DNA of 64,000 bases from the human T2T-CHM13v2.0 reference genome, Homo sapiens (GCF_009914755.1 NC_060931.1); one strand, 5' to 3'; shown: positions 13,501 through 28,129, numbered from the stretch's first letter. The notes: a model not told the origin generated them from the letters alone. A program made the numbers and translations.

Positions 13501-15620
13501 TGAATATACAAAATAATGGCTAGAACTATTTAAGTAATATAGCAAGATTACAGAATACAATGTGAACATACAAAGTCAATTGAATACCTGCACATTAACA
13601 ACAAACATTTGAAATTCTTAAACAAATAATGCTATTTACAATAGCATCAAAAAATAAAATATGAGTAACAGCAACAAATGACTTCTAAGACCACCACACT
13701 GATAGAAGCCAAATGTTGCTAAGAGATTAAAGATCTAAATAAATGGAGAAATGTACTATAATTATGGGTTGGAAGACTCTACTTTACTAAGATGTCAGTT
13801 CTCACAAAATTAGTCTATAGATTCAATGAAATTTTGATCCCTGCAAACTTTTGGAGAAGCCAAATTGCCTTTAATTTTTTTTTTTGTAGGGAAGCCGAAA
13901 GGATTTAGACTAGCCAAACAATTTAGATAAAGCAAACAAAGCTGGAAGACTAACAGCTCCTGAATTTAAGGCTAACTATTAAAACAATAGTCATCGTTTA
14001 CCTAAAATTCTAATATAGGTAAGACTAATCCATGATGAAAAAATCAGAATAGTGCTCAGCAGTTTCCTGAGTTGGGGGAGGGACTTATTGGGTAGGTACT
14101 GCAGGAACCTTTTTATGTGGTGATGGAAATATTCTATATCTTGTTGGTGGGGTGGGGGATGCACAGATTACCCACATGTATGCATTTTCAAAACTCATTA
14201 ATTTTTAGACTTAAGATATGTGAATTGTACTTCCTGTAAACTTTTCCTTAAGAATCTGTAAACTAATTTTGAATTCCAGGTTTTCATTTTGGCCTTATAC
14301 AGCGGTATGAGTAAGTAATTCTGAAACTACTCTGTGTGTTCCACGCTTCAGTAAATGAGTAAATATACTGAAGTACAGTGAAAATCGGGTTTCTCACTGG
14401 TGGAAAAAAGGAGTCATAAATAGAAAAAGGACTGGCATATACTCTATGGCTTGGAATTAGATTCAGGAATGTCAGTGTCAGTATACTGACAGCTTGATAC
14501 ATAGAGAGACAGACAAGATATATAGCTATGTTTTGTGTACATATGAATATGATAAATATATGTAATTTCCTAGCTCCAGATTTGTTGCTAAGTACCATCT
14601 CCCATTAAATAGGAAACAGTGCTCCTGGAAGAAATACCTAATTCCAAGCATTGGATTAAAGAAAACACAAAATGAGCCTGGAGTATCTTGCTGCAAGTGC
14701 TAAAAAATGATGAGAATATATAGAAGAAGCCAGCTTAAGAGGGCTCCCAGTGGCCAAATCGGGGACAGATAGTGATGGTAAGTTTTGAACTCATCAAATA
14801 GGCATCCATGACTCCACACTGATGTAATAAACAAGTAAACAGGGGAGAAAGAAAAGCTTTTCCTTACAGTAGAATGCCACATAAAAAATGCAGAAGGAAT
14901 AATGGGGTTGAAAAATCATCAGTGGATTCTAAAACTAGCAGGTGAACATTTAATGAATAAGATATTTAAAGAATATCAACATATTTCTCCACAAATTAGT
15001 TATTAATACAAAAGGAACAATAACAACTAAACAGTGAGGAAAACATGCAAAAGCTGAATAAAATCATCAGGAAACATTAGACAAACTTGAATTGAGTGAC
15101 GTTTTACAAAATACCTAGCCCATGCTCTTCAGAAATATCAGGGTAAATAAAGCAAAGAAAGATTGAAGAGCTGTTGCAGCTTAAAGGAGACTAAAGAAAA
15201 TAACAATTAAACGCAATGCCTGATCTTGAATTGGGAAAATAATTGCTACAAAGACCATTATTGGAACAACTGGGGGGAAATGAATATGTGGATTAGAAAA
15301 AATGCTGTTTCAATTATAAATTTCCTCATTTTAAAAAACTGTATGGTGATTATGTAAGAGATTGTCCTTATTCTTAGTAAATATACATCAAAATATTTAG
15401 GAGTAAAAAACCATATGTCTTTAATTTATTTTCTAATGGTTTGGAAAAAACATCTGTGTGTGTGCGCTCACGCATGTATGTGTGTAAAGGAGAAGGAAAA
15501 AATAAAGCAGATTAGATAAAATATAAACAACTGTGAATCTGGGTAAAGAATGCTGATACCGTACTATTCTTGCAACTTTTCTGTAAGGTTCAAATTATAT
15601 AAAAATTAAAAGTTTGGAAA
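10590..15620 (+). mobile_element. Ancient, internally deleted L1M element (L1MC/MD-like): 5' region, ORF1/ORF2 remnants and long 3' UTR
   Basis: A-rich strand; ORF1-like 'gggcttaatagcagatttgagagagcagaagaa'; ORF2-like 'ctacttctgttcaacattgcactggaggttctag' and 'ggttggaagactc'; L1M-type 3' end 'actattcttgcaacttttctgtaag'. Confidence 0.8.
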
Positions 15621-15623
15621 ATG

Positions 15624-15933
15624 TTTTTTATTTTTTTTATTTTTTTATTTTTATTATACTTTAAGTTTTAGGGTACATGTGCACATTGTGCAGGTTAGTT
15701 ACATATGTATACATGTGCCATGCTGGTGCGCTGCACCCACTAACTCGTCATCTAGCCTTAGGTATATCTCCCAATGCTATCCCTCCCCCCTCCCCCGACC
15801 CCACCACAGTCCCCAGAGTGTGATATTCCCCTTCCTGTGTCCATGTGATCTCATTGTTCAATTCCCACCTATGAGTGAGAATATGCGGTGTTTGGTTTTT
15901 TGTTCTTGCGATAGTTTACTGAGAATGATGATT
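15624..15933 (-). mobile_element. Young 5'-truncated L1 3' end (L1PA2-like, non-Ta)
   Basis: Near-consensus L1HS/L1PA2 3' UTR plus poly(A). Has GAG (gatgacgagttag) rather than ACA/ACG, and A rather than G (aaacttaaagtat), at the Ta-diagnostic sites. Confidence 0.9.
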
Positions 15934-16020
15934 CAATAGAGGAAAATTACAATTATATAAGAAACAGATATAGTAATCACTTGAATATGAGGAAGGATTT
16001 CTTTTAAAAGCTTCAAAATA

Positions 16021-17282
16021 GTCCTATGCAGAAGAGCAAAACTGGACCCACACCTTTCAACATATACAAAAAATAACTCAAGATGGATCAAATATTTAAA
16101 CATAACATCTCAAACTATAAAAATCCTAGAAGAAAATCTAGGAAATACCATTCTAGACTTCAGCATTGGCAAAAAAAAAAAAACAAAAACAAAAACAAAC
16201 AAACAAAAAAACAAAAAAAAAGTTATGGCTAAGACCTCGAAAGCAATCACAACAAAAATACAAATTGTTAAATGGGACCTAATTAAACTAAAAAGCTTCT
16301 GCATGACCAAAGAAACACTCAATGAGTAAACACTCTAAAAGATAAGAGAAAATATTCACAAACTATGCATCTGACAAAGGTCTAACATCCAGAATCTATA
16401 AATAACTTAAATCAACAAGCAAAAAGCAAATAACCCAATTAAAAAGGTGGGCAAAGGACATGAACAGACATTTCTCAAAAGAAGATATACGAGTAGTCAA
16501 CAAACATGAAACAATGCTCTATATCACTAATATCAGAGAAATGCAAATCAAAACCACAATGAGATACCACTTCACACCAGTCAGAATGGCTATTAATAAA
16601 AAGTCAAAAAAATAATAGATGCTGAAGAGGCTGTGGAGAAAAGAGGACACTTATACACTGTCGGTAGAAATGTAAATTAGTTCAGCCACAGTGGAAAGCA
16701 GTTTGGAGATTTCTCAAAGAACTCAGAAATACCATCCAACCCAGCAAACCCATAACTGGGTATACACCCAAAGGAAAATACATTGTTCTACCAAAAAGAC
16801 ACATGCATGCCTATGTTTATCTCAGCACTATTCACAATCAGCAAAGACATGGAATCAACCTAGGTGCCCATCAACAGTGAACTGGATAAAGAAAATGCGG
16901 TACATATACACCATATACGCCATACGTATACACATATACGCCAACTAAAAGAATGAAATCATGTCCTTTGCAGCAACATGGATGCAGATGGAGGTCATTA
17001 TTCTAAGTGAACTAATGCAAGAACAGAAAACCAAATACCACAAGTTCTCACTTGTAAGTAGAAGCTAAACATTGGGTACACATAAAAAGATAGGAACAAT
17101 AGATGCTGAGGACTCCAAAAGAGGGGAAAGGGGAAAGGACTGAAAAACTACCTATTGGGTACTATGCTCACTACTTGGGTGACAGGATCAATCACACCCC
17201 AAAACTCAGCATCATACGATATGCCAATGTGAACCTGCACATGTTCCACCTAAATCTAAAATAAAATCGAAATTATTTTTTA
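16021..17282 (+). mobile_element. 5'-truncated older primate L1 (L1PA15-17/L1PB-like), ORF2 end plus 3' UTR
   Basis: L1 ORF2 3' motifs and 15-bp TSD aaaagcttcaaaata at 16006-16020 and 17283-17297. Confidence 0.9.
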
Positions 17283-17681
17283 AAAAGCTTCAAAATAAAG
17301 TTTAAAAATGAAAAGAAAAGAAAGACCAAGGAAGAATGACTTTTTTATGTATTAAGGGAGTTGTGACTCATCCAAAAAGGTATGTCTGGAACCCATCAAG
17401 AGACATAAGTAAAGAGAGGGTGAGAATCAGGTTGTAGAGAAGAATGCACCAGGAGACTTATAGAGTTAAAGCATTACCCCAGGAAACCAGAAAAGGCTAC
17501 TGCAGGGAGAAGAGAGCCAATAATATTCTTGAAGAAATGGGTACCAAATGGCATTGAAGAAGGAACTATATTTTGTCCTTAAAAAAGGTAAATATAAGCA
17601 AATCATGATACATGATTTTTAATAATTTCATATGGTAGATTAAATTTGAATAACTGCTTTTTGATGTTCAAAAGCCTGGCC

Positions 17682-17994
17682 TTTATTTATTTATTTATGA
17701 ATGAATGAATGAATGAGATAGGGTCTCGCTGTTGCCCAGGCCAGAGTGTAGTGGGGTGATCTCAGCTCACTGCAACCTCTGCCTCCTGGGTTCGAGAGAT
17801 TCTTTTGCCTCAGCCTCCTGAGTAGCTAGGACTACAGGTATGTGAGAACATACCTGGCTAATTTTTGTATTTTTAGTAGAGACGGAGTTTCACCACGTTG
17901 GCTAGGCTGGCCTCAAACTCCTGATCTCAAGTGATCCGCCTGTCTCAGTCTCCCAAACTGCTGGGATTACAAGTGTGAGCCACTGCACCCAACC
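17682..17994 (-). mobile_element. AluS-type element with (TTTA)n(TGAA)n tail
   Basis: Dimeric Alu; TSD aagcctggc on both sides. Confidence 0.92.
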
Positions 17995-18219
17995 AAGCCT
18001 GGCTTCAGTTTTAATAAATGTTATGAGCCAGTAAGTTTCTCAAACCACTAGTGTATATAACAAACATTTGTTTTTCTGGGGATCATACGCCTTTTGAATC
18101 TTATGTACTATGAAAAACACAACACCACAGACATGGTATTTCTACCAAAAATGCAAAAGCTGATCAAACTGTGATCAAACTGAAAAGTCCTAACTCATTA
18201 TTATAAATTTCATATATGA

Positions 18220-18657
18220 CTATTCACAATAGCAAAGACACGGAATCAACCCGAATGCCCATCAGTGACAGACTGGATAAAGAAAATGTCGTACATATAC
18301 ACCATGGGATACTATAAAGCTGTACAAATGAACAAGATCACATACTTTGCAGAGACATGGATGGAGCTGGAAGCTATTATTCTCAGCAAACTAACATAGG
18401 AACAGAAAACCAAACACTGCATGTTCTCACTTATAAGTGGGAGCTGAACAATGTCAACACATAGACACAGGGAGGGGCACAACACACACTGGGGCCTGTT
18501 GGGGCATGGCAGGGGTAGAGCATCAGGAAGGATAGCTAATGCAGGCTGAGCTTAATGCCTATGTGATGGGTTGACAGGTGCAGCAAACCACCATGGCACA
18601 TGTTTACCTATGTGACAAACCTGCACATCTTGCACATGTGCCCTGGAACTTAAAAAA
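18220..18657 (+). mobile_element. L1 3' end fragment (L1PA10-13-like)
   Basis: 'ttctcacttataagtgggagctgaacaat...aaacctgcacatcttgcacatgtgccctggaacttaaaa'. Confidence 0.88.
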
Positions 18658-20402
18658 TTTCCTGCATGTTCATTCTCCATGATATGTAGAAAAATGACCC
18701 ATTTCAAGCAAAATCTTTTCTGTGGCCTCTCTTCTTGATTGTTTCAATCTTTATTAATACATTTTGAATGTCTTTTGAATACCTGACCTTCATGTTTTTA
18801 GCTCTTTTTGAAGCATGAACTAGGTCGATCATATATTTAATAAGAGTTTTAGAGCTGGTCTTTTGATCCAATATCATATAGGCATTTTTTCCCTCTAAAC
18901 TTTGGGATATTCTCTTGATTGTAGAGCTATGGGGGAATACATGTGTTAAAATCTGTGTCTCTCAATCTTAAATGGCTTGAGGGAATGACATAAAAATCAC
19001 AAAGAATCCAAAGTATTAAGGATTTTCCACTTTTCTAGCAGTAAGGAAGAAATACAGTACATATAGGAAGCCTGAGAAGCAGGAGATCTGAGTTCTACCA
19101 CCGAGTGGCTATAGGAAAGTCACACAGCAGTTAAGTATGTGGACTCTGAAGGCAGACTGCTTGTCTTCAAGCCAATGGGCACAGCTGTTCAACTTCTCTG
19201 TGACCTTAATTTACTTATGCTTAAAATGCAATAATAATAGCCTCTACAGTATGTAATAACAACATCCTAAGGATCAAATGAGTTGATTTAATAGGACATG
19301 GCATACACTGCGAGCTCATTACATCTCCGGGGAATCCCTTAGGCTCTCTGAATTTAATCATATAATTTTGAAACCTCCTGTCATTATCACCATCAAGAGT
19401 CGTTGGCTCTTTCCTATATTTTTTCCTATCATCAATAAAGTAGTTTCCAGTACTACTTTTACAGATTTTTAAAAAAATTGTTCAGGTCAGTATAACAGCA
19501 GTGAATGTGCACTTGTTTAAATTTGAGTCATCTTGGTATTAATTTGTTCACACATTATCACAAGCAATGTCTTAAAGAACTTTTGAAGAGAAAATATCTA
19601 AACTGTGTACAAGGAACCACACTAGAAACTACAAAGGATATGAAAATCCATAAATTCCACTTATTTGATTGTAGGACTACACAAATTTTAAAGAGATGAT
19701 CAGATGGCAGGACCACATACTAAGTTAAAAAGGAACCACAGTATACATAAATTATGGAGTTCCAGGTGACTTTGTTATGTTATTGTCGAATTTATATCTC
19801 CTTCGAACCACTTTCAAGCAGGGGCCGAGGGAAACTTTGCATGGAGCAGTAACACCAAACTCTTTTGCAAAAAGCAGTGGATTGTGTGGAAGAGCTCAGA
19901 AGAATGAACGCAGCTTCACTGGTAGTGAGAAAGTGGGTGGCTGCTCCAAGAATAGCACCCAAACTGGAAGCTATGAATGAAGAGGCACCAAACACATGGT
20001 TTTATAGAATGAAAGGGAAAACTATGTAGGTGGGAGCAAAGCAGCGCTGTAAAGGCAATTAGTTCTAATTCAAAGTGGAAAACTGAGAGGAAAGCAATTA
20101 CAGCCATTTATAAATTGAGAAAGCAGAGTGCATATCTGCCACACCACAAAATACTCTTACGACATTTAACCATACTCTTGATTGCTCTCCCAAAATCTTT
20201 TAAGGCTCGTTGCATCCCTGTCCTCTTCTCTCCCTGGGCACTCCAACCCATCTGCTCAATCTGATAAACAAATACATAACAACAAGATATATTAAGAGAT
20301 CTTTTCATTTTTTTCCTTTCATTTTTAATTTCAAAGGGGCTGTGGCTAACATTCAGTGATCTGGGCTATACAGTTCTCATCTGCCCCTCCCTCTTAATCT
20401 AG

Positions 20403-20786
<384 letters not shown>

Positions 20787-21204
20787 GGCTCATTTCTATC
20801 TACATGGATCAGGCAAACTGCTCTCTCCTTGAAATTTCTACTCAGAGCCACAGATCTCAATCTCCAACTCCCCCTTGACAATGGCTCTGCAATGCTCCTG
20901 GGGAATCAAAATGCATTTTTTAATGTAACAATGCAACAAAAAAGACTCAGGAATGAGCTAAATAATCTTTCATGTGCAAAATGTCCTAAATCCTCTCCTG
21001 ACAATTTTATTACATATGATTCTCTACCATGGTATTACTGAATGAAAGTCTAAAAAGCAATTTAAAATGAAAATACATTTATATATGTGGTAAGCAATAT
21101 ATAATGAAGTAGAGAACATGGAATAAAAATGGCAGAATAAAGTACAATTGTAAGAAGAAATGGGCATATGAAATCAAGGAAACAAAACAAATATTTTGTT
21201 CTTT

Positions 21205-21715
21205 TCTGACCCATTTCCATTTCTTCGGTTGTCTAGCACTGGAAACTCCTTCCTATGTTAGGAGAATTCTCTACTTTATGATTCTCCCCTGTAGAAGCTA
21301 AATATGTCCAGTAGTTGCTTTCCTGGTCTTCTGTGTAGTCTAAGCTTGGCTAATGAAATGCACCTGTCTTAGGCTTCAAATAGGTAATGAGTGATACAAA
21401 AAAGAAGGACCTGGGGAGGGACCACTCAGGATCTGGAGCAGTGAGGGCACCAGTGCTGTCTGGCATCAACAGGGTGAAAAGAAAGCTGCAGCATCCATTT
21501 CTCATCAGCAGAAGCATCTCCTGCTGCAGACTAGCTCTGCAGACGGTACTTGTTTGTGATGCTGGCTGGGAAGAGCTAGTCCTCTAGGCTTTGCTAGCCA
21601 TGCTGAACCACGATGTAAGCCAACTATTTCTATAAACCAGACAACAAATGCCCTTTCTGCCTTCTCAATGAACATTGGCTTCACCAGCTCAAAACTAAGA
21701 ATCCTGTCTGAGGCA
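21205..21715 (+). mobile_element. Possible old ERVL/MaLR-type solo LTR
   Basis: LTR-like 3' end 'aaatgccctttctgcc...aactaagaatcctgtctga'; family uncertain. Confidence 0.35.
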
Positions 21716-24494
21716 TCTATTGCCATGCAACTCACCTATTTATATTGCGCTGCCACATAGAAGGAGCTGTATCTAATACACACAGTTATTTTTAGTTTTT
21801 TCACTGGTGAAAAGAATTGTTCCCCCTCTGAATTTCCTGGTTATTATTTTGGCTACACAGATTCAAAGTTCTGATCAAATTAAAAGGTCTTTCCTTCTTC
21901 AGGGCTAGAATTTATACTTCCTGAATGCGAAGAAAATGTTTGAAAATATACAGATTTCCTCCCTACTGTTCAAAGAAATCAGAATGGAAATTCTATTAAA
22001 AGATGATAGACAAGATTAAAAAAAAAAAACCTCCAAATATCATTCCATCCTGGGTTACTGGCTCAAAATGGGAAGTGGATTACCGGAGGCAAAGTTCCCC
22101 ATGATGATTACTCATTAGCTTATTCAAAGTGGCTTCAGAGCCTCAGTCCATTTGCCAAATTGACTCTTGCCCAAATTTCCCTGGCACACAAATTACCAAA
22201 CAGTTAACCCGCCTATTCGTAGTCGCAGCAGGAGCCAACGCATGAATGAGCACAGACCCTGTTCTCCTGCCTTGAGAGGCAAACTAGAGCAGCGCTCAGG
22301 CCAAGTGTCTTAGAATTACCAAAGAGATATGACCGATGTCAGATAATAAATACTTGAATCATAGCTAATGGAGCCTTTGCTTTCCCAGACATTTGCTCTG
22401 GCAGTGATTTAAAGAACTGAACTCATTTAAAATAATGGATTTTTTTTCCTTATGGCTTTTAGATGTCTAAAGCTGCAATTTACTCTACATGCGAGGGAAC
22501 TGAAGACATTTGGTTAAAATATTTGCTTTCAGAGGACTAAAGGTGACAGGTAATTTTGTTGTTAAAGAGATGACTTTGGTGTTTCTGCTTTCATCAGCTG
22601 ATACGGTATTTTCTTTTTAAGACACAGGGTAAGAGTACAAATTATAACTCTTCGCATACACTATAATCTACTAAAATATAATATTTTTTAAGGACAAAAT
22701 GTAGCACTCCCTGTCAGAGAAACCCTTCACTGAGACGACACAGCCAATGAAGTTGGCTATAAAGGACTCCTGTATTCCCATTATACATGGGAGACACACC
22801 ACTGGCTCATTTTATATTAGCCTCTCAGGACCCATAGGACAGAAACAATTTCCTTTCACTATCAGCCAGGTTGGAAATGACCCAGTCATTCAGAAACAAA
22901 CAGGATGTAAGTTGATTTAAAAAAAAAAAATCAGCTAGATAATAAAATCTTTGATCCAACTAGAAGTGTTCTTTTTTTCTCCTAAAAGAGAAATGAGTTT
23001 TGTTAAAGGCAGAACAGAAGTAAAATTTTAGGAAAGTGTTTTTTATATATTCAATGACAACAAAGTGTTTTCTTAATTTTTTATAACACAATATAAAGTC
23101 CAGCAGAAATAATTTATTATGAAATAACTCATTTGACACATTACAGGCATAATTGAAATGTATCCCATCCAAGAAATACAAATGAGTTTCAGTGACATCA
23201 GCTGAAATTCATTGGCTCTTGTGTATGTGGTTTGTGGGGAGTTTTGAAAACCTCCACATATCTTAGTGGTTGTCTGCAGGGCTTTGTAGAGTCCAGAGTA
23301 AAATTCTGATTTTGCCTTACATCTATGGAAAGCCTTCTATTTTTCTTTTACTCAGTGCTTTAGTTTTCTACCATGCAACATACTGAGAAAAATGTTTCCT
23401 TTTATGCAGCACCTACACCAGAACACTAACATTTATATGTTAATGTAAAGATGAAATTTCAGGGAAAAGACACGCATGAAATGACAATATGTATCATAAA
23501 TATTTATAAGTATAGTGCATTCAGGTTAACCATCAACTAGGTGTTACATATGAGATATCAGAAGTTCTCTGAAGAGGCCAAATAAAAGAAACATTTTAAT
23601 TTATGCTTTAATAATAATGGTGGAGAGAACATATTAGTTTTAATTTTAATCAAACCACACAGCATGAGCTTCTAGCTTTCTCACTCTCTTTTCTAATAAA
23701 AGGCATCGATAGTCTTGGCAGCATATTAGAAGGGCAAAATTTAAATTTCTATTTACTTATTTCCTTATTATCACCACAAGTTTTCATTGAACTTTGTACT
23801 CTTTGAAGCAGATACTCAAGTGAAAGGAATATGTGTGTGATGGTGGGGGAGGGGGAGAGGAGGAGGAGGTTGGTTTAAATGAAACACATGTGAGCAGGAG
23901 GCTTGAGGTCTGCAGCTGACACAGCTATCACACCCCAGAGGTGAGTCTGACACTAACCAGGACTTTAAGATGACACATTGTGAGACTGGACATACCACGC
24001 AAACATGCATTCCATTTTCTTCATGTTATTTTCATTTCCCCCCGCCAAAATTAAGAAATAATAAAATAATTTCTAATTGCAAATAACTATTTTAGACAGA
24101 AGCTAGATACAGTAAGTTGGGATGTTACTATATGATCAAAGAGTCCTGGTTGCATCACTGGATTAACCTACCTAGCAGCTAAGCATGTTTTCTAGAAGGC
24201 ACTAGGAAGTCCAAAAACATATATATAGAGAGAGATTTTAAAGAAAGTATCAAAGTAACCATTATCAGAAACATAATTTTTCTGTTATACTTCCTTTATG
24301 GTTTAGTGTTATTTTGAGTTACACTTTAAACACTAGGTTACATTGGCTTAAAGAATCTGTCAGCCTCTTGCACTTCTAAGTACTTATTGCAATCCTGTCT
24401 GAAAATATAATACTGAAGAACAAACAACTTTGGAGGTGATCTCCTCATTGGACACCATGTTGTGGGGAAAATGACCATTTGAACGCCTCAATAC

Positions 24495-24719
24495 CTTCTT
24501 TTGTCTGCTCTCAGCAGCAGCCAGCTGTGCGGACATCCTTTCTTGCATTTTCTTGCAGTGGGCCATGACTGCTTCAAGGATGGAGAGGGGGTTGGTACAA
24601 ACTGGCTTCTTCTCTTTGTCACCAGCACCTGCTTCATAGTCTCTCTGGAGTGCCAGGAACGGGTCATTTAGATTAAATCTCCCATACCGTTCCTGGATAA
24701 ATACCTCCTTCCTGCGAGC
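24495..24719 (-). CDS. CTTNBP2: CTTNBP2 coding exon (probably exon 3), 225 nt / 75 aa, N-terminal CortBP2 domain ([27 protein letters not shown]...AESRQKK)
   Basis: Acceptor attttgttccag|GCTCGC at 24720/24719 and donor AAGAAG|gtattg at 24495/24494. Phase 0-0, splicing in frame to the exon starting at 6514. DPFLALQRD is the CTTNBP2/FILIP family motif. Confidence 0.95.
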
Positions 24720-24956
24720 CTGGAACAAAATTAGAGAAATGTATTGAAGAAAGAAATGAAAATATACAGAAAGATATTTATAAGAAGGTTTTGTGATTAC
24801 ACTTCCAAATGGTATTCTCAACTGCTGTGAGTAATGGCTTATGATGTCAGTGGTGAGTGAGAGGCAAATGTGACCCCCAGTCTCCACTAGCCTGGAATGC
24901 CATTCCATCTGCTTTCAAATTTTCTTCAAGAATATTGAATTTTACATTACAAATGA

Positions 24957-25320
<364 letters not shown>

Positions 25321-25529
25321 TAGTCTTTTCTAATTTAATGTAAAATCAGAAATATTGACAATTAAAATAATTTTTAGCTAAAGTTCAAAAATAAAATTAT
25401 CTCTATATCGATAGAACTTACATTTAAAATAATATCAGGTTAAATCACGCATACAAAAAATCCCCTATAGGTTTTTTATAGCCAGAAGGAAATCACATGG
25501 ATGTCTGGTAAGAAGAAAATTCTTTGTGA

Positions 25530-25662
25530 AATTTTTAATGTAAAAATTTTAATTAAATTAAAATTTTAATTAAATTAAAATTTTAATGTAAAAATTTTAA
25601 TTAAATTAAAATTTTAATGTAAAAATTTTAATTAAAAAAATTAAAATTTTTAATGTAAAAAT
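25530..25662. repeat. AT-rich minisatellite built from palindromic attaaaattttaat units
   Basis: Alternating ~14-bp and ~17-bp units; nearly all A/T. Confidence 0.9.
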
Positions 25663-26967
25663 AAATAACAATATTCGTAGTTTGTAAAATTTGACCAACT
25701 ACAACAGCCTTCAAAAAACTTTAAAAGGCATCTATCTCTTTCTCACTGAAGGGCATTAAAATATAGTTCACAGAATCCCAGGAAAGTATGCAACTTAATT
25801 ATACTCTAAATGTCAGTCCATCAGCGACAAAGTTAATTTCACACCCACGCAATGAGGACAAAATGCAATTTTCTATAATTAGCCTACAAAGTCATTGCAT
25901 AAAAATGGAAAATAGCAGTAGAAATGTATTAAAAGCTAGCAACATTTTCCTAATTCAGGTCATTTTGGAATAGCCACTAGAATGAAAAAAAATCTATGTC
26001 ACTGCCAGTAAAAAAATTAAGTTATAATAAATCAAGCTTATTTGTCCAAAACATTAAACATGTCTTCTGAAGAAATATTATTAATGCATACAGTTCCATA
26101 CTTTAAAGGGAACTGAATTGGAAAACTACACTTTTCCATTTTAGGCCACTATCAGCAAGCCAACAACTAGATAAACACAAATCTAATGACAAATGGGAAA
26201 AATCTAACATTTCTTTCCTTATCATCAACTTAGATTAATAAATAAAATTTACAAAAAGTCCAGTTTCACAATTAAATTTAAGCTAGCTTTCAGAAGACCA
26301 CTTTAAACTTAAAAGGTAAGGTTTATGAGCTAAAAGCACTCGGTGTTTCTAGATTCTTTAAATTCAATCATGTAATCAATACACTGAATAAGTATCACTT
26401 GAGAGATGCAATTTCAAAAGCAATTTCATTTTGCCCTTCACATTTTTCTTAATATTTATTCAGTGTAGCAGTTCTTCTCCCACCCTTGGATTAACACTTG
26501 GATAATTCTATGTTTTTTTCTAATCGTTTTAATTTAATAAAAGACCTATAGTCACTTTGAGCCAAAATAGCCTCTATTTGATTATTAGAATGTCCATCTT
26601 CATTCGGTGGTACGGCAGCTTCCTTCATCAGCTAGCATCTGCTGCAGGCTAACATTTACCACTCAGCAAAGAGGTATATATGAAAACCTCTCTCCTTTTC
26701 CCAAAACCTTCTCCTCCTCTTTCTAAGCTGTTTTAGTCACCTCTGGGTTGGAAAGGACTGGAGGTAGATGATACAGGAGAGGTGAAGGGAGCAGGAATGT
26801 CATACCGGACTGGTTCAGGTGGTCAGCTAGCTTTACCAACCCAGTGTGAAGAATATTTAAAGTCTATTCTTTTCCCATGAAGTGCCTGGTGATTTCTTAG
26901 AGGAACACCCGCTTTTGCACTGCTGGGACCCCTTCATCTACAGTTTCTTCAATGTAGGCCATAAATG

Positions 26968-27143
26968 TAGGACAAACTACATAATCTGCAGGACCCACTG
27001 CAAAATGAAGACATGGGCTTTTTGTTCAAAATTATTAAGCATTTCAATATGGCAACAGCACAGCATTTAACCAGACAAGGGGCCCTTCTAAATGCATGGC
27101 CTTTGCGACTGTACAGGTTGCACACCCATGAAGCCAAGCCCTG
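26968..27143 (-). mobile_element. MER45A (hAT-Tip100 MITE)
   Basis: Matches the recalled consensus: 'ctacataatctgcaggacccactgcaaaatgaa...caggttgcacacccatgaagccaagccctg'. Confidence 0.8.
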
Positions 27144-28129
27144 CATACTCTCATTAGCATTTGGAATCCACCTTTTGACAACTGAGGTCCCATGTTCTCT
27201 CCAGACTTCCCTATTGAACAGGACCTGAATCAATCTCATTCCTACCATTTCAAGACCATGGCCCAACATGGTCTACAGGAAACACTCATGGATCTTTATC
27301 TAAACAAAAGCTGGGAGTCTCTACAATAAGATCTCCGCGTCTATCTCTCCTTCACGTCTGCAGAATGACTGCTTGTTCAGCCCCACCTCCACTGAGCCCA
27401 CCAAGATCTGCAGGAAAAACCTATTGTCATTCAAAAGTCTCTCTGAACCCCTTTTCTCTTCAGATGAAGGGAGAAGCAACTGGATGAGGCAGGACTCACA
27501 GCACAATTCTCTGCAGAGAAATGCTCTCTGATAGAAATCTTTCTTTAATCTCCAAAAACTACATTATTTTATACCCTCAATGTGGATGAAAGGTTTAAAA
27601 GTCAACACTAGCTTTTAAATATTTCTTACAATAATTTGCATCTTGTTCCTCACTTTGGTATCTGATATTTATTATGATGAGTTATCTGCTGAAACTGACA
27701 TTTTAACAACTCATTGTAATTACCTGGTGTCTACTCACCCACACAACATATTTTATGATGTACAGTACTTGTAACACTAATCAAGCAATTTCTTAACACA
27801 CAGGTTATTAAGTCTGAGTAAACTTTTTGATAAGTGGGTTAAAAATTAAAATTAATTTTTTGTATAATATGAGAGGTAAATACATATATCACAGACCTAG
27901 TTCCAGTTTTACCCAACAGATTTTATGGTCAAAAAGCATTTAATTCTTTTTTTTTTTTCTTACTGGTGTGAAATAGTTTTTTACATGTGTATTTTTGTTG
28001 TGTTTTTTTATTTTAAAATTACTAGTTTTAACTGAGTCATATTGTGACACTGTTAAATGCAGACGAATTTTTTTCTGCTGAAAATGTTGTATAACAATAC
28101 ATGTACAGGTTCATAAACATAAAACTGCC

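Noticed and set aside
11195-16948. ORFs in the A-rich block
   Set aside because: Fragments of decayed L1 ORF1/ORF2 with frameshifts; not functional.
24720-24908. ORF extension upstream of the 225-nt exon (MEWHSRLV...)
   Set aside because: Intronic read-through of an open frame across the polypyrimidine tract, with no promoter evidence.
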